A DNA stretch of 61,207 nucleotides, filler included, from Sphacelaria rigidula (lineage: Eukaryota), in NCBI GenBank assembly GCA_964200075.2. It is 6 parts of 6 records of this genome, joined end to end, with 100 filler letters (N's around TTAATTAATTAA, not from the genome) between each part and the next. Parts side by side here need not be neighbours in the genome. Positions count along the whole stretch, not along the records: positions 30,656 to 40,773 come from CAXNAA020007100.1; positions 40,874 to 50,990 come from CAXNAA020007101.1; 4 more parts are not named here. One strand, given 5' to 3'. Below, piece by piece: positions 37,101-48,695 of this stretch; position 1 is the stretch's first letter; every line of letters starts with the position of its first letter. A program made the position numbers and the translations under genes. The notes under the pieces are model-generated. The model did no database searches, was not told the origin of the DNA, and worked only from the letters and a program-made list of their open reading frames with translations.

Positions 37101-39302
37101 CCACGATCCCACCGCCCATCCGAATCCGCCGACTCGTATTTCACGCATAAATGCCCATCTTGCAGGTACCCCGACGAAGCGAGTCTTTGATGGGACAAAC
37201 ACTACAAGCCCCACTACACGTTGAGGCATCGGCGCAAACGGATCATGAACCAAAGACAAGCATCTATGAACCGGATGCCGTGGTTGTCGGAGGCTTTGCC
37301 CCGCTTGCGCAGGACCTTTCGCGCGCGAGCAGAACCAGGTGAGTGTTTAGCCGATACAGTCCACGGTGATGCCGGGTAGGCCTTGAGGTGCTGTACTTCA
37401 TGGCAGGATGCATTCCAAACCTCCCGCATTGGCCTCCGAAATTCGCCTTGTTAATTTTGAACAGTCAAGGTTCATGCTCTCCCGCTTGAATCACGTTTAT
37501 AGTGTTCACGCACGGCGACAACAAGTTGCTGTGCTGTCCTCGTGCATCGAATTACCGCAACTCTCTTGCGGTGAAGCCCCGCAAATCCCTTCCTGTGTGA
37601 CAACACACACAGTACCTACACACCGAAGTCGAACAGTATTTATCTTGGTATAGGATCAAGGGAGTCGCCCTCCTCTGAGAGTGTAAGGCTCAACCTGCAA
37701 TCGCTCGGAGCGCGTTTGGAGACAATTCACTTCTAAAGTTGACCTGTATTCCTCTACGGCGGCCATCATCACACAACTTCAATCCGACATCAGACGCTAT
37801 TCTGTACAGCGGCCATCAGTACACTAACCTCACTTCACATATCACGCTCCATGCTTGTCCCACCGTATGCTTCGAAACGTCTCCGGCGGAACCAATCGTG
37901 CACAGACTGAGCCGCCACGGCTTTACCGATGTGATGAAGGACACGGTCGATTCCATCAAGGCGAACTGCTCGAGGGAAAGGACACCCAACTTCAACCAGA
38001 TCGCAATAGACCTTGACCTAGAAGCGACCGACCCACTAGCGAAACACGAAGTTACTCTACAGTTTGCTGCATTTCGAGCTCCCGCGGTAGGAGAGAGGAG
38101 TACCGCCGGCGGGAGTGGTAGGGGCGCTGATGTCTGTAGCGGTCGAGGAGCGGCGGGGGTGGTACCTACATCCGTGTACTTTACGTATCAGTTTTACACT
38201 TGTCAGCCCACGCGGACGGAGAGGATGCTACTTAGGTTGGACGCTCCCAAGGATAGGCTGTTCCAGGTATGGAGTGATGTTGGCGTCGACGGCGGAATGT
38301 GTGCGTATCTGCAACTGCAGGAGGGTGGATTTGTATGAGAGAATGATACCGCAAGAGCTATTTTTTGGAATAAACCAAGGGGGTGTACAAGTGCGTGGCA
38401 TGTAAAAACGGTTTATCCCTTGGCTGCCAAGCAAATGGGTATATATTTTTTGCACGAGATTCTCGTCTCGGCACGATCTAAGCAAGCGCCAAGTGACAAT
38501 ATTTCGCGTGCGCATTGTGTGAATGTACTGGGGCGGACTTGACACCTAAAGCAAATTGGAAAATTTTAGATATGGACTCGTACAATTCTTGTGACCTGGC
38601 TGGATGAGTTTCTAGAAAACCCGACCTGTTCGGCTTGTCGGATTTTGTCGGTTTCAGAGGTTGTGTGATTGAACGTACAAGAAATGTTCTCTCGCTGATT
38701 TAATGGATGATTCTCGAAGAGCCGCCTATTTGAGATGTTCCTGTAAGGTGGTTACATCAGGTAGTGATGTCGGTTAGGACACGTCAGGGGCGAATATTCA
38801 GCCATGTCCATAGATCCCAAGCGAATTGTGTCCAAATGGAGCTTCAGCGATCAACGCGTGGTTGATACTTAACGCTCTCATTCGTTGATAACTTTGATAA
38901 CAGATCTAGGCAGCAGGTGTGACCTCTCCGATTATTGACCGACTTGATCCCGAGGAAACTGTGCGGGTGTGTACTCTACTCCGCTTCGCGATGCAGCCGA
39001 CGCAACATGTCCCACCAGTGAGAGAGTGACACGTGAGGATAACGTGGGATCCATGTCTACGGTATGACACCCGATATTTGATGGCTGCTTCCCGACAGAG
39101 TACTCGAAAATTGGTCTCGGACACGGTATGAGCATAGATTGTTTGTTTTTGAAAGCTGCACTCCGATCGTTGCCGTACTGGATATTTTCAGGCGGAGGGT
39201 GGGGGTGCCTCTCAGCTGAGCATCTTGATCCGAGAGGGTCACTACGGGCGCGACGAACCTTCTCTTGCTCTGTGCCACAGCATCGACACCGCCACTATGC
39301 AG
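30876..39302 (+). CDS. NPHP4: Nephrocystin-4 homologue, internal part (exons 30876-30998, 32237-32335, 33087-33199, 34624-34789, 36414-36590, 37166-37338, 37906-38266, 39192-39302)
   Basis: Eight AG/GT exons splice into one open frame of about 441 aa. LSRASRTRLSRHGF, DPLAKHEVTLQFAAF and PTSVYFTYQFYTCQPTRTERMLL match the conserved NPHP4 blocks LSRA..A.L...GF, D.LQ.NE..LQFLAF and P.TVYFTFQFY.FPP.TTPRL. Confidence 0.85.
31615..31700. repeat. Fragment of the central part of the 21427-21782 MITE family
   Basis: GGTCAAACGACTAAGGCGAGCAACAAATGAGCACCCCCC. Confidence 0.75.
34003..34330. repeat. Compound microsatellite (ATA)n(ACA)n(ATCATA)n(ATAATAATG)n(AGA)n(AAACGA)n in an NPHP4 intron
   Basis: Directly visible. 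Confidence 0.97.
35252..35674. mobile_element. Foldback MITE, 423 bp, ~185-bp inverted arms, probable 4-bp TSD (TGTT/CGTT)
   Basis: Ends AACAGTGGATCCTCGAAAATGGGGCTGA...TCAACCTCATTTTTGAGAATCCCCTGTT, with arms complementary along their length. Confidence 0.88.
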
Positions 39303-39882
39303 GTGCGTCCGGTTGTAATAACTTGACGATCCTAGCTCCCTTCCGTGAGGAAGATCATGAGATATTCCCGATTTGACGTAAATCTTTCAACATTGGTCCC
39401 AGCGGTTTTTTTCTTCCGGTCGAATCTTTAAAGCAACATACAACCGCTGGATCTGCGCCATCTAATCGCAATTATATTCCGTCACCATTGGGTGTTATCT
39501 GAATCCGCGTCAGCCCATGCAGTCTGGACAACGCCGTGTACCTCTCAAACTCATGCCATCTTGTCATGAGTATGTATCGTCTCAGCCATTGAGCTACCAC
39601 GGCCTGCTCACAACCAAGACATCTGCTTGCGGGTGCTCGTGAGCTGCTTTATAGCGACGTCATGGAAAATCACCAGCAAGCAACATTGTCGGCCTGGCGC
39701 ATTATATAACATGTGCAGGCCACAAACTAGCGCAGCCCTGTACTATAGTTGCACAGTACAGCACGTTGTAGAAAAAAAGGTATACTAGCAGTAATTGTAC
39801 TTACGTAGTACAATTGACAGCCCTGCCGCCTGGCGGCAGGACATTTCTGCGAACAAGAAGAAGTCCTTCGCCACCGCCTCAT

Positions 39883-40313
39883 GACACGGGAATCTATAAA
39901 TTGGGGATGGATTATTTATCGGGGATGAGAACACGGAGAAATAAAACCGTCGTATCCTCACCAAATCGTGGAAACATGGTCCTATTCCTTCACTTCCTGG
40001 TAGCCATTGACAACTACTACACGCCATACAACTTGGATTTCGATAATGGAAATGTCGGGGTCCTAGGTGGAAAACCAATTTTGGGGGATTTTGGTGATCC
40101 GATCGGACACCAAAATTGTTTTTTCACCTAGGACCCCGACATTTCGGTTATTGAAATCCAAATTTGTATGGCGTGTAGTAGTTGTCAATAGCTACCAGGA
40201 AGTGAAGACATGGAAGCATACTTTGAAGATTTGGTGTGTATACGAAGATTTTTAAATGTCCGGGTTTTCATCTCCAATAAAAAACCCATCCCGAATTTGT
40301 ACAATCCCGTGTT
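39883..40313. mobile_element. Foldback MITE, 431 bp, ~200-bp inverted arms, 4-bp TSD TCAT
   Basis: Ends GACACGGGAATCTATAAATTGGGGATGG...CCATCCCGAATTTGTACAATCCCGTGTT. TCAT at 39879-39882 and 40314-40317. Confidence 0.9.
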
Positions 40314-40316
40314 TCA

Positions 40317-40640
40317 TACGAGCTGGGCCGGGCAAGAAGCTGAAAAAAGCTTGATTTCGCTCTGCCCCGCTCAATTTTTCGAGTTTGGATCTGAAAATTT
40401 GAGACGTGATTCTTATCAAGCTTACAAAAACACTGAATGCTGATAAAATATATATATATATTTTTCGGAGCATTTTCCCTCGATTTCATGATTTCAGAAT
40501 TCTTTTGACCCGCCGTAAGTCCGGAAGATTTTTGTTTTTGAGGTGATCAACATTGAGTGTGTTGGAAATATTGATACGAATCACGTGTCAAAATTTCAGG
40601 TCCGAACTCGAAAAACTGAGCGGGGCAGAGCGAATTTGTG
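40317..40640. mobile_element. MITE-like element starting TA|CGAGCTGG with internal inverted repeats
   Basis: 40356-40420 is the reverse complement of 40571-40635. The terminus is shared with 45690 and 60917. Confidence 0.65.
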
Positions 40641-40773
40641 ATTCACCTCTGCCGTGAGCAAAATTCCCACCATCGATTCGGTGGCGAATACGCCCTCCAC
40701 TGTCCCAGTAATGTCATGTTTGCACTTGGAGAAGCTCGTGCAATGCGTGCGCATTGCATTTCAAGACGTTTGG

Positions 40774-40873
40774 NNNNNNNNNNNNNNNNNNNNNNNNNNN
40801 NNNNNNNNNNNNNNNNNTTAATTAATTAANNNNNNNNNNNNNNNNNNNNNNNNNNNNNNNNNNNNNNNNNNNN
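40774..40873. other. Artificial scaffold linker
   Basis: N44-TTAATTAATTAA-N44. Confidence 0.98.
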
Positions 40874-41086
40874 GGGGTGATGACCCTACCCTATCCGTAC
40901 TGGTTATATCTTCTGTATTTTTTATTTGCATGTGAGGTGGTCAACCTCCAAGCTGTTGTTTACATGTCTAGGTTTTGGCTTTTATTATTGTCTTGCGTTT
41001 GTTATGATATGATGGGGAAGAATCTCGGTTATTTTCCGCGATTCCACTTTCATGCTTGGGCTATGTTTTGGCACGATGAATTCAAA

Positions 41087-41490
41087 GGAGGGTTAGCTTC
41101 TCTATTCCATGTCTATGTCCGGCCTGTGTTAAAGTAGGTTAAATAAAAGATAGGGTTAGCTTCTCTATTTCATGTCTATGTCCGGGCTGTGTTATGGTAG
41201 GCTGAAGAAAATGGAGGGTTAGCTTCTCTATTTCATGCCTATGTCCAAGCTGTGTTATAATAGGTTAAATAAAAATAGGGTCAGCTTCTGTTTTTCATGT
41301 CTATGTCCGGGCTGTGGTATAGTAGGCTAAAGAAAAAGGAGGGTCAGTTTCTCTATTTAATGTCTATATCCGGGCTGTGTTATGGTAGGTTGAAGAAAAA
41401 GGAGGGTCAGCTTCTCTATTTCGTGTCTTTATGCGGTCTGTGTTAGAGTAGGTCAAAGAAAAAAGAGGGTTAGCTTCTTAATTTCATGCC
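41087..41490. repeat. 63-bp minisatellite, ~6.4 copies
   Basis: AGGGT(T/C)AG recurs at 41089, 41152, 41215, 41277, 41340, 41403 and 41466. Confidence 0.95.
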
Positions 41491-42863
41491 GACCAGTGAG
41501 GGGGGTGTACTCAAGCCGGAGTACGGGGGGGTGGGGGAGGGGGGGAGGAGGGTCACCTCTGGGGAAAACGATACGTGCCCCTCTGCAAAGATTGGCCCAG
41601 ATTGTTTTGCTCGAATTATCGCCTGACCCAAAAGTATCATTCGGATCCTAAATGTAGAGAAAAGGGTCATGCTTTACACTCTTTTGTTTTTTCCCCCGTC
41701 AACATACTCCATCCTTTCTTCTCTTGAAAACTTGCATGGCGACTTCTTTTTTATCAGTTGGTGTGGTATATATGGTGTACCGTATGTCGCACCCTTCGTT
41801 TTTCATCGCGATGCAACCTTTTACTCCCATTGTGGGACTATGAGCACCGCCGGGCATCAGTGTTGGTGCTTTTCCCATGAAGTTGGGCGTACTCCCGCCC
41901 TCAACACTGCGCGCACTACAACTGTACTGCGCCGCAGATGCGATTTTGCTGTTCTGCGAAGCGATCGTGATGATCTCGAGTGCTTGTCGCGCGGTTGTGA
42001 ATGACATCATGAGACGAGGTTTGGATTGCAGCCCATGGGTCCAATCTGTTCATCGTAAACTCATCAGTTTCCCATATTTTTCCCCGGTGGGAAATGAATG
42101 AAAAGGCCAACGGAAAGCTTCCAAAATCGACCACACGGCTTCACACGGGCCTGCGTAAGCAGACCTGCACTTTGCTCTTTTCCATATTTCTTATCCTCAG
42201 CTTCCCATTGGTGCGAAGGCAGAGGAAAAGTAGGCAACGAAGTCCGGTTGCCCCGCGTAGAGGCGTTTTTGCCTCGCAGGAATTTTTTTTTTAACCGGCA
42301 CGCCCCTGACGGTGAAGGGGGGGGGGGGGGGGGTGGTTGTTGTGTAATTTCTTTCTCTCGTTTTAGGTGTTCACCTTCTCTTTGTTTGATTTCGTTTTTT
42401 TTTTNNNNNNNNNNGGCCGCGCACCCCGGTTGCCCGGCTGGGTGGTTTTTTTGGCTTGCTGTTTTTTTTTTGTCCCCCGGCCGCCCGGGGGGGGGGGGGG
42501 GGGGGGGGGGGGGTCGTTGTTGATGAAATCCTCTCCCTCGTGTGAAACGCTCACGCACTCTTTAGTACAGTACACCTCGTTTTTCTCCAGGATTGACAAC
42601 AGCTACTCTATACCACGATTTCCATCCACTTTTGTGACAAGGGTGGGTCGTCCTTTGTGGTTTGGCTTGATAGGTTCTGCTGCAGCACACAAGAGCAGAG
42701 GGTGCGACGTGCCCAGAGCGTCAGGTGTAGCAGTCAATTTGACCTTTTTCTCCACAATCCATGACAGCAAATGGACTGTGCAGAGATCACGACGTGGACG
42801 CGACAAATCCTGGCTGAAGAAAAACACCGCGCATTTTCGTTTTTCGCAAAGACGAAGACATAC

Positions 42864-43003
42864 CACAGCAGGCATGATCGTGGAGCCCGTCAGCCGCAGA
42901 AGCTCCAAATCGTCAGCCGCATACGCCCCCCTCAGCCGGAGTTGCCACCAGCGCTTGCTGTGTAACACCGGCGACGCCACCGTATTCGCGCGGAGCGATA
43001 GTT
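42864..43003 (-). CDS. Isolated probable exon, unknown protein
   Basis: tttctag|...|gtatgt borders with a GC-rich open frame LSLRANTVASPVLHSKRWWQLRLRGAYAADDLELLRLTGSTIMPAV. Confidence 0.5.
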
Positions 43004-43725
43004 CTAGAAATCGAGAAAGGATACCAGTATTTTGACGAATCCACGAAGTCGACGATGCACATGCCAAGTGTGTATAGTGCTTCGTGGTGTGTTCAGTCGT
43101 GGATGCCCGCAAGCTGAATTGGCGACAGATTTATTGCTACCTGTCGGGTGCGGTCGTGCTTTACGAGGACTGTTGACGATGCAATCGGAAACTAGACGAA
43201 TAACAATGACGCGTACTAAAACCGCACCCACGCACCCGCTCCAAGAAGTAGAGCTATTGTAAATACGACGGAAGGGATGATTAACGAGCGCGCGCGCTAG
43301 GGGTGTACAACGTGACAAAAACTATGAGGTCGTCGCTGGAAAAATGAGGTCTCCTCGGCGGCAGCGGCGGCTGTAAAAAAGACGGTTTCGACGACTCTTG
43401 CAGCTGAATTTTTCAATCCTTCGAGTACGACAAGTTGGGTATCCGTATTGTAGGAGCAACCGGATTCAGGCGTCAACACGAAGGGCGACGCATGGGCAAA
43501 CGTGGGGTTAGCGACGACGTCTTTTTTGCAGCAATAGTCTCGTTTGTATTGCGCTGTTATATCTCTCCTCCGCGCCACCAGGGTAGCTACATACAGTTAC
43601 AGCTGGTGGTCAGGTGCCGTGGAGTGGAGTAGAGTAGAGTGCACTCCGGAGTTGCTTACGCCGAAGTTGTGCGTACGGATTAATTAAATCGCCACCCTGG
43701 TACTTAGACCGAAGTTGTATGTATA

Positions 43726-44318
43726 CTTCCTCTGTCCCATAAGTCTGGGAACTTATGGGCATTTGATCGTTTGGGTGTTCAAACGTTGACGATCATCCTA
43801 TAGTTGGGTACGGCAGAAAGATAAAAACGAAGCTGATGCAAAAAACAGATAAGAAGAGTTAGTTATCTACACTAAAATAGTGTCCAAACATATCCATTCT
43901 GACCCTTTTTGACCAATTTATACTCCATCATTAGTCGATTCTGGACGTTTTCACGTCGAGCACTAGCAACTACATGCTAACAAAAGATTGGATGGGGCGT
44001 GCGTAGGTTAACGTCACGAGGATGCCCAAAATCAATGGTGGTTTTGCGATTTTCACAGTTTCTCGCCCATTTTTCGCGATTTTTCGTGTTCCCGGGTCTC
44101 TCATGTCTTCCTGGCAAAACGAGCGAAAAATGGCTGTTTTTGGGCCGACCTTGGTTTATCGGCCGCGCGGCTGCATGGGTCAAGCACCCACGTTGTAGAA
44201 ACAATGTTGGTTTTAGCTCAAAAAACGCCGACGAATGCAATAAAAAAACCGAAAATTATATATCACACCGTCAAGAGCTCGTACTACCATAAGTTCCCAG
44301 ACTTATGGGACAGAGAAG
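43726..44318. mobile_element. Stowaway-like (Tc1/mariner) MITE, 593 bp, TA TSD
   Basis: TA|CTTCCTCTGTCCCATAAGTCTGGGAACTTATGG...CCATAAGTTCCCAGACTTATGGGACAGAGAAG|TA resembles the Stowaway terminus CTCCCTCCGTCCC. Confidence 0.88.
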
Positions 44319-45689
44319 TATAAAGGCTCTGGTTGAGCATGATGGAGCCGTACAGGTGCGTCGCCAAGTTGCTTGGTTGCTTGCAAGTCGAGCGCTATCG
44401 GGCACGGAACATTTCCACAGTCATGTAGGCCATACCGATCCACCAGCCTTTCGGGCTGTACACGAGGAAAGTATATTTTTCAAAATTTCTGAGAGAGAAG
44501 TCGGTAGATCACAGAAGATGAACCGAAACGAGGTGCAAATTTCGGCGTTGACCCTACATACATCGACGGAATAATGACCATGCGTACCATAATTTGCTCC
44601 CTGGGGATCGAGTCGGCGTCATCGAAATAGCGGTGCAAGAAAACCTTCTGTGATGATTAAATTGAATGCCGCTGTCCAAATACTAAACGAACCTTTCAGT
44701 AGTTCAACCTATTTGAGGATCGCAGCCGTTAGATTGCCTTGAATTCCAAGCAAACCTCGGGCTATTTCCATTACCTCTTTGGTGCTGCGTTCATGATTTC
44801 ATTACCTGTCAAAATTTTCCGTAGTGGATGGTACATTTGTGTACAAAAGAGAACGTCAACTTGTGTGTGTTGAGGGCCCAGACATGTTTGACGCAGGGAT
44901 GGAAAATGACCGTTCCGGGGGGGGCATGCCTACCGGTTTGGCCGTCGTGGAAAATGACGATATACTTCACTGTGTCAAAGAAACGTGAGGAAGAGTGTAC
45001 AACTACTTTTATTGATGATTCCCGCGTGTTCAGGGCATCGTAATTTGCCGTCCATGCGGGAATATACAGTGAATAACACCCGCCGAGCGCGTGTGAAGAG
45101 GGAGTAGTACAATTCCATTCCTGAGCATCGGGAGATCGCAATTCAGCAACGTCGCGTGTACTAGTTTCACCACCGTTCATATACAACACACTCAAAACGT
45201 ACATCAAGCATTATCCTTCTGGACTATGAGCATGTTTTATGGGGAGGGGCTTTTTCCTCCGCGCTTGCTGGAGTTCAAGTGGATAATTTCGGACACTGGT
45301 CATTTTCTATCAGCGTAACATTTTGTGATTGCAAATACCTAGGTGAGGAGACCGTTTTGGAACCCCGCGTTCTTGTTTCTCAGCGTAGCAGTACTGTGAT
45401 TTCAGCGACAACTTATTGAGAGGCCGCAACAGCCGAAGTGTTCAATCATACATACTGTAGCCCTACACCTGTATTCATAGGGCTGTGAACTGGAACTGGA
45501 GTTTAACTGAAACTAGTGATGAGGACTCCACTTCATCCAGTTTATTTGAAGTTTGCCGTTACCGGCTATGTTTGAACCAATTTTAGTATGGTGATTTTAT
45601 AACAAAGATGCTTCCATTATTACGAACAAAATGACAGTAAAATTGGGACCTGAACCTGACAGCAGTACAAGTACAGACAGTACTCGTGG

Positions 45690-46720
45690 TACGAGCTGGG
45701 CTAGCCTAGGAGCGGATTTGGAGTTTGCAGGTCCATTCGTAAGTTAGTACTGAGAGTTGGACCCTAAAAATTGGTATGGACAATTAATAGGGCACGATGA
45801 CAAATATTTGCATGGATCCAAAACTTTTTTTCATGGTTTGACGGCATTTTACTAAAACCTGAAAACTGATTATTGCCTTTACCTCATGAAAAAAAAACTC
45901 TTTGGTCCACGCATCATCTTTTTTATTATGCTATATCGATTGTCTATACCAAAATTTAGGGTCCAACTCTAAGGCTACTTCTCACGTATCAAAAGACAAA
46001 TCCTGTTGAAAAGTACATTTTTGAGCCTTCTCCGTCATTTTTCTCCCGAAAAGAGGGTTAGGCGGATATCGACACCTTGGAACGACTTGCTCCACTCGCT
46101 GAAACCGTTCTAGAGCACCTTCTGTCATAATGATGGGGTAGCTAATGCATTCGCTGGGGTCTCTCAGTATGAGTGTCAGGGGATACCATGGTGCCAGCCC
46201 GCCAAGCTCCCAACGTGGGCAACACCATACAGACCTTAGCTAGTTATCAAGCACACAATACACACAGGTTTATTTATGTATACTGCTGATTGGGGACTCA
46301 CGTATTGATAGCATCACAATATATCTACAAGAAGCTCTTTAACTCAGCACAGCTGGGGCGCAGCCATAGGAGTAGAGCGTATTGATGATTTGCTCTACTC
46401 GCTGAGACCGTTCCAGATCATACTTTGCGTTTTCCGTGGGTCACAGTTCCATTTTTGGCCAAACTTGCATTTTCAACAACAGACCGTCAAGTTGTCGAAA
46501 AATAGGGGGAGAGCTGTCATTTTTTATATAACTTGATGGTTTGTTATTGAGAATGCAGGTTTGGTCAAAAACGAAACTGTGACCAACGGAAAACGTTAAG
46601 GTGCTCTGGAACGGTCTCAGCGAGTAGAGCAGATCATTCCAGGTGTCAGCATTCGCGTGGACTTCTTTTCGGGGAAAAACGACGGAGAAGGGCCAAAAAT
46701 CCACTTTTTGACAAAATATA
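45690..46720. mobile_element. Composite foldback/MITE-like region
   Basis: Inverted pairs 45752-45784/45939-45970, 46388-46494/46529-46634 and 46026-46120/46598-46692. Begins with TACGAGCTGGG. Confidence 0.65.
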
Positions 46721-48620
46721 TTTTTCGATACAGGAGAAGTAGCCACAGTATTAGGTTGAGAGTGGGCGATTTAAAATCTGGGTAGGTAAGAATTCGGAAC
46801 GGTATTCTGCAGGCCATTTACTGGCCCACGTCTGGTGTTTGCGTGTTGAAATTTTGTGTGGAACCTCGCCGGAGCATAATGAACCAAAAGTAGTGGGTCG
46901 TGTTATTCTTTTTTTAATTGGTTTAGGGCGTTTCAGTGTGGTGACGACCATTTTTTCATGAGAACGATCCCCGAACCTCTCCCAAGAAAAACAGATGAAG
47001 GTCCATTTTTTTTTCAAATTACCTTATTCCCGCGTGCTGCCAGCCTTAGCTTGTTCGCATCCTGATGTCCTCACGGAGAGTTTGCTGCTACACGAGCGGT
47101 CTTCGAATCGCTCACCGCTTTGAATGGGATCTTAATGTCATCGAAGTCTTCAAGGTCCTCAATGTGAGCGTCACGTTTTACACAATTTTCAACATTCTCA
47201 AGGGAAAAACAAGTCAAATGACGCAATTCTTGTCGCCTGCGGCGGCGCTCCCGCGAGGCCCGCTTACCAGCCGGGGAGGATCGTTTGCGGCTCACGGCTT
47301 CGCCGCTTGCCGGCGATGTTTTTCCAGGCGTGGCCAATTCAAACTGGGGAGAGTAGCCAGTTCACAGCTCTATGTATTCATGTCCTGCTCTAGTGCCAAA
47401 TGCAACCCTGCGCCACTTCTAGAAGGGGTCGATTGTGATGAAAGGAGCAGCACGCCCTACTCAAGGCAGTGAGAGAGGGTTGAGGAATCGACTTAGACAT
47501 TCCAACCCCCTCCGAGTCTTGATCTATATGACCCATAGATATTGGGAGTGACTACCTTCAAGAATGTTTCGAGTGAAGCTGTGTATGTGAGTGTTTTTTT
47601 TCCCTAACGTAGGTGTGCGTTCGTGATTTGATTCGGACTCTCCTTATTCACAAGATGAGCGTTTTTTTCTCAACCTCCTCTGTTTTCAAGTCATTGCACA
47701 TGCTAGGGATGGCGTGGGGTCACGAGGTTGCGAGTACCTTGAAGCACACGCTTTTATTTCCGTGGTGAAGAAATCCTTATCTCTCAAAATTTCCAGCGCT
47801 ACCCGTCCCGACTCGTGTGTGTGTTAAAGGACATTGAATAATATCTGACGGATGACTCGATCGAACGCTAAAATCGCATTTCGGATAAGCTCGTGGCACC
47901 TGTGCCGTGGCAAAGCATCGTTTACGTTTTTTGGCGAAACCAGTTTGATGTCTGTGGCCTTCCTCGATCCTCGTTCTCGACACCCTACCTGTGACTATGC
48001 ATGACAGTGAGAACTCATACCACTCACTGCTTGACTCTATACTCTTGAATTTGTTCAGTGTATCTTGGTTCGCTGGCGTGAGGGGAACACTACATCGCCC
48101 ACATTGGTCACATGACCACTGCTGTCTGCTCCCTGGTCGACCAATGTCTGTCTATGCAGTCCGCAGCCATCTTCAGAGCAAATAAAATCACATTCGCGCA
48201 ACGAAGGCACATGCTCGAGAGATCACTTGCACAGCCACCTCGGAGATGCGGCGTGAACAAAAACGACTCGATTCGGAGACGAAGTGCATACTTCCGTTGC
48301 CTGAGGGCGGGGTCCCGTGTGCGTCGGGGATGTTCAAACGTAGTCTCGACACTTCCAAGATGGGATCATGATCGCTTGTGTACCGCACCTACCTGCCCTG
48401 GAGTGAGGAAAATTGAAACATCCACACCATCAAAAACACTACGAACTTCTATGCGTGACGTGTACTTCCGAAATATAGGCGGGCAGAGTTTGTTCTCCGG
48501 CCTCGACTTTGGTCTATATTATTACTGTTGTGCAGCTGTACTGTCGCTCAAGAAACAGACAAACCGTCGTGTGTTCTGCTTGTTTCTGGCTCTTGTTTTA
48601 TTGCCCTGGTTACCGTGCAG

Positions 48621-48695
48621 CTGGAGAGGATGGCGAAGCAGAAGGTGGACGCGAGGCTAGTCGAGGAAGAGCGGCACAACCTCGAAGAACGTCAG
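48621..48695 (+). CDS. Isolated probable exon, coiled-coil-like peptide
   Basis: Pyrimidine tract then gtgcag|LERMAKQKVDARLVEEERHNLEERQ|gtttgc; 75 nt, phase 0. Confidence 0.6.

Noticed and set aside
29449..39302. DCTD and NPHP4 as a divergent gene pair
   Set aside because: They are on different scaffolds separated by the artificial linker at 30556-30655.
41087..41490. CRISPR array or repeat-protein gene
   Set aside because: Units are similar along their whole length with no unique spacers, and no long ORF spans the array.
42280..42520. Long G/C and T runs (G-quadruplex or Pro/Gly-rich ORFs)
   Set aside because: Adjacent to gaps and contig ends, where homopolymer-rich, low-quality sequence is expected; the same applies at 10040-10119, 30480-30555 and 51091-51190.
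47030..47337. Minus-strand ORF MATPGKTSP...DLEDFDDIKIPF as a gene
   Set aside because: A stop occurs before the apparent donor site, no partner exons were found and the family is not recognised.
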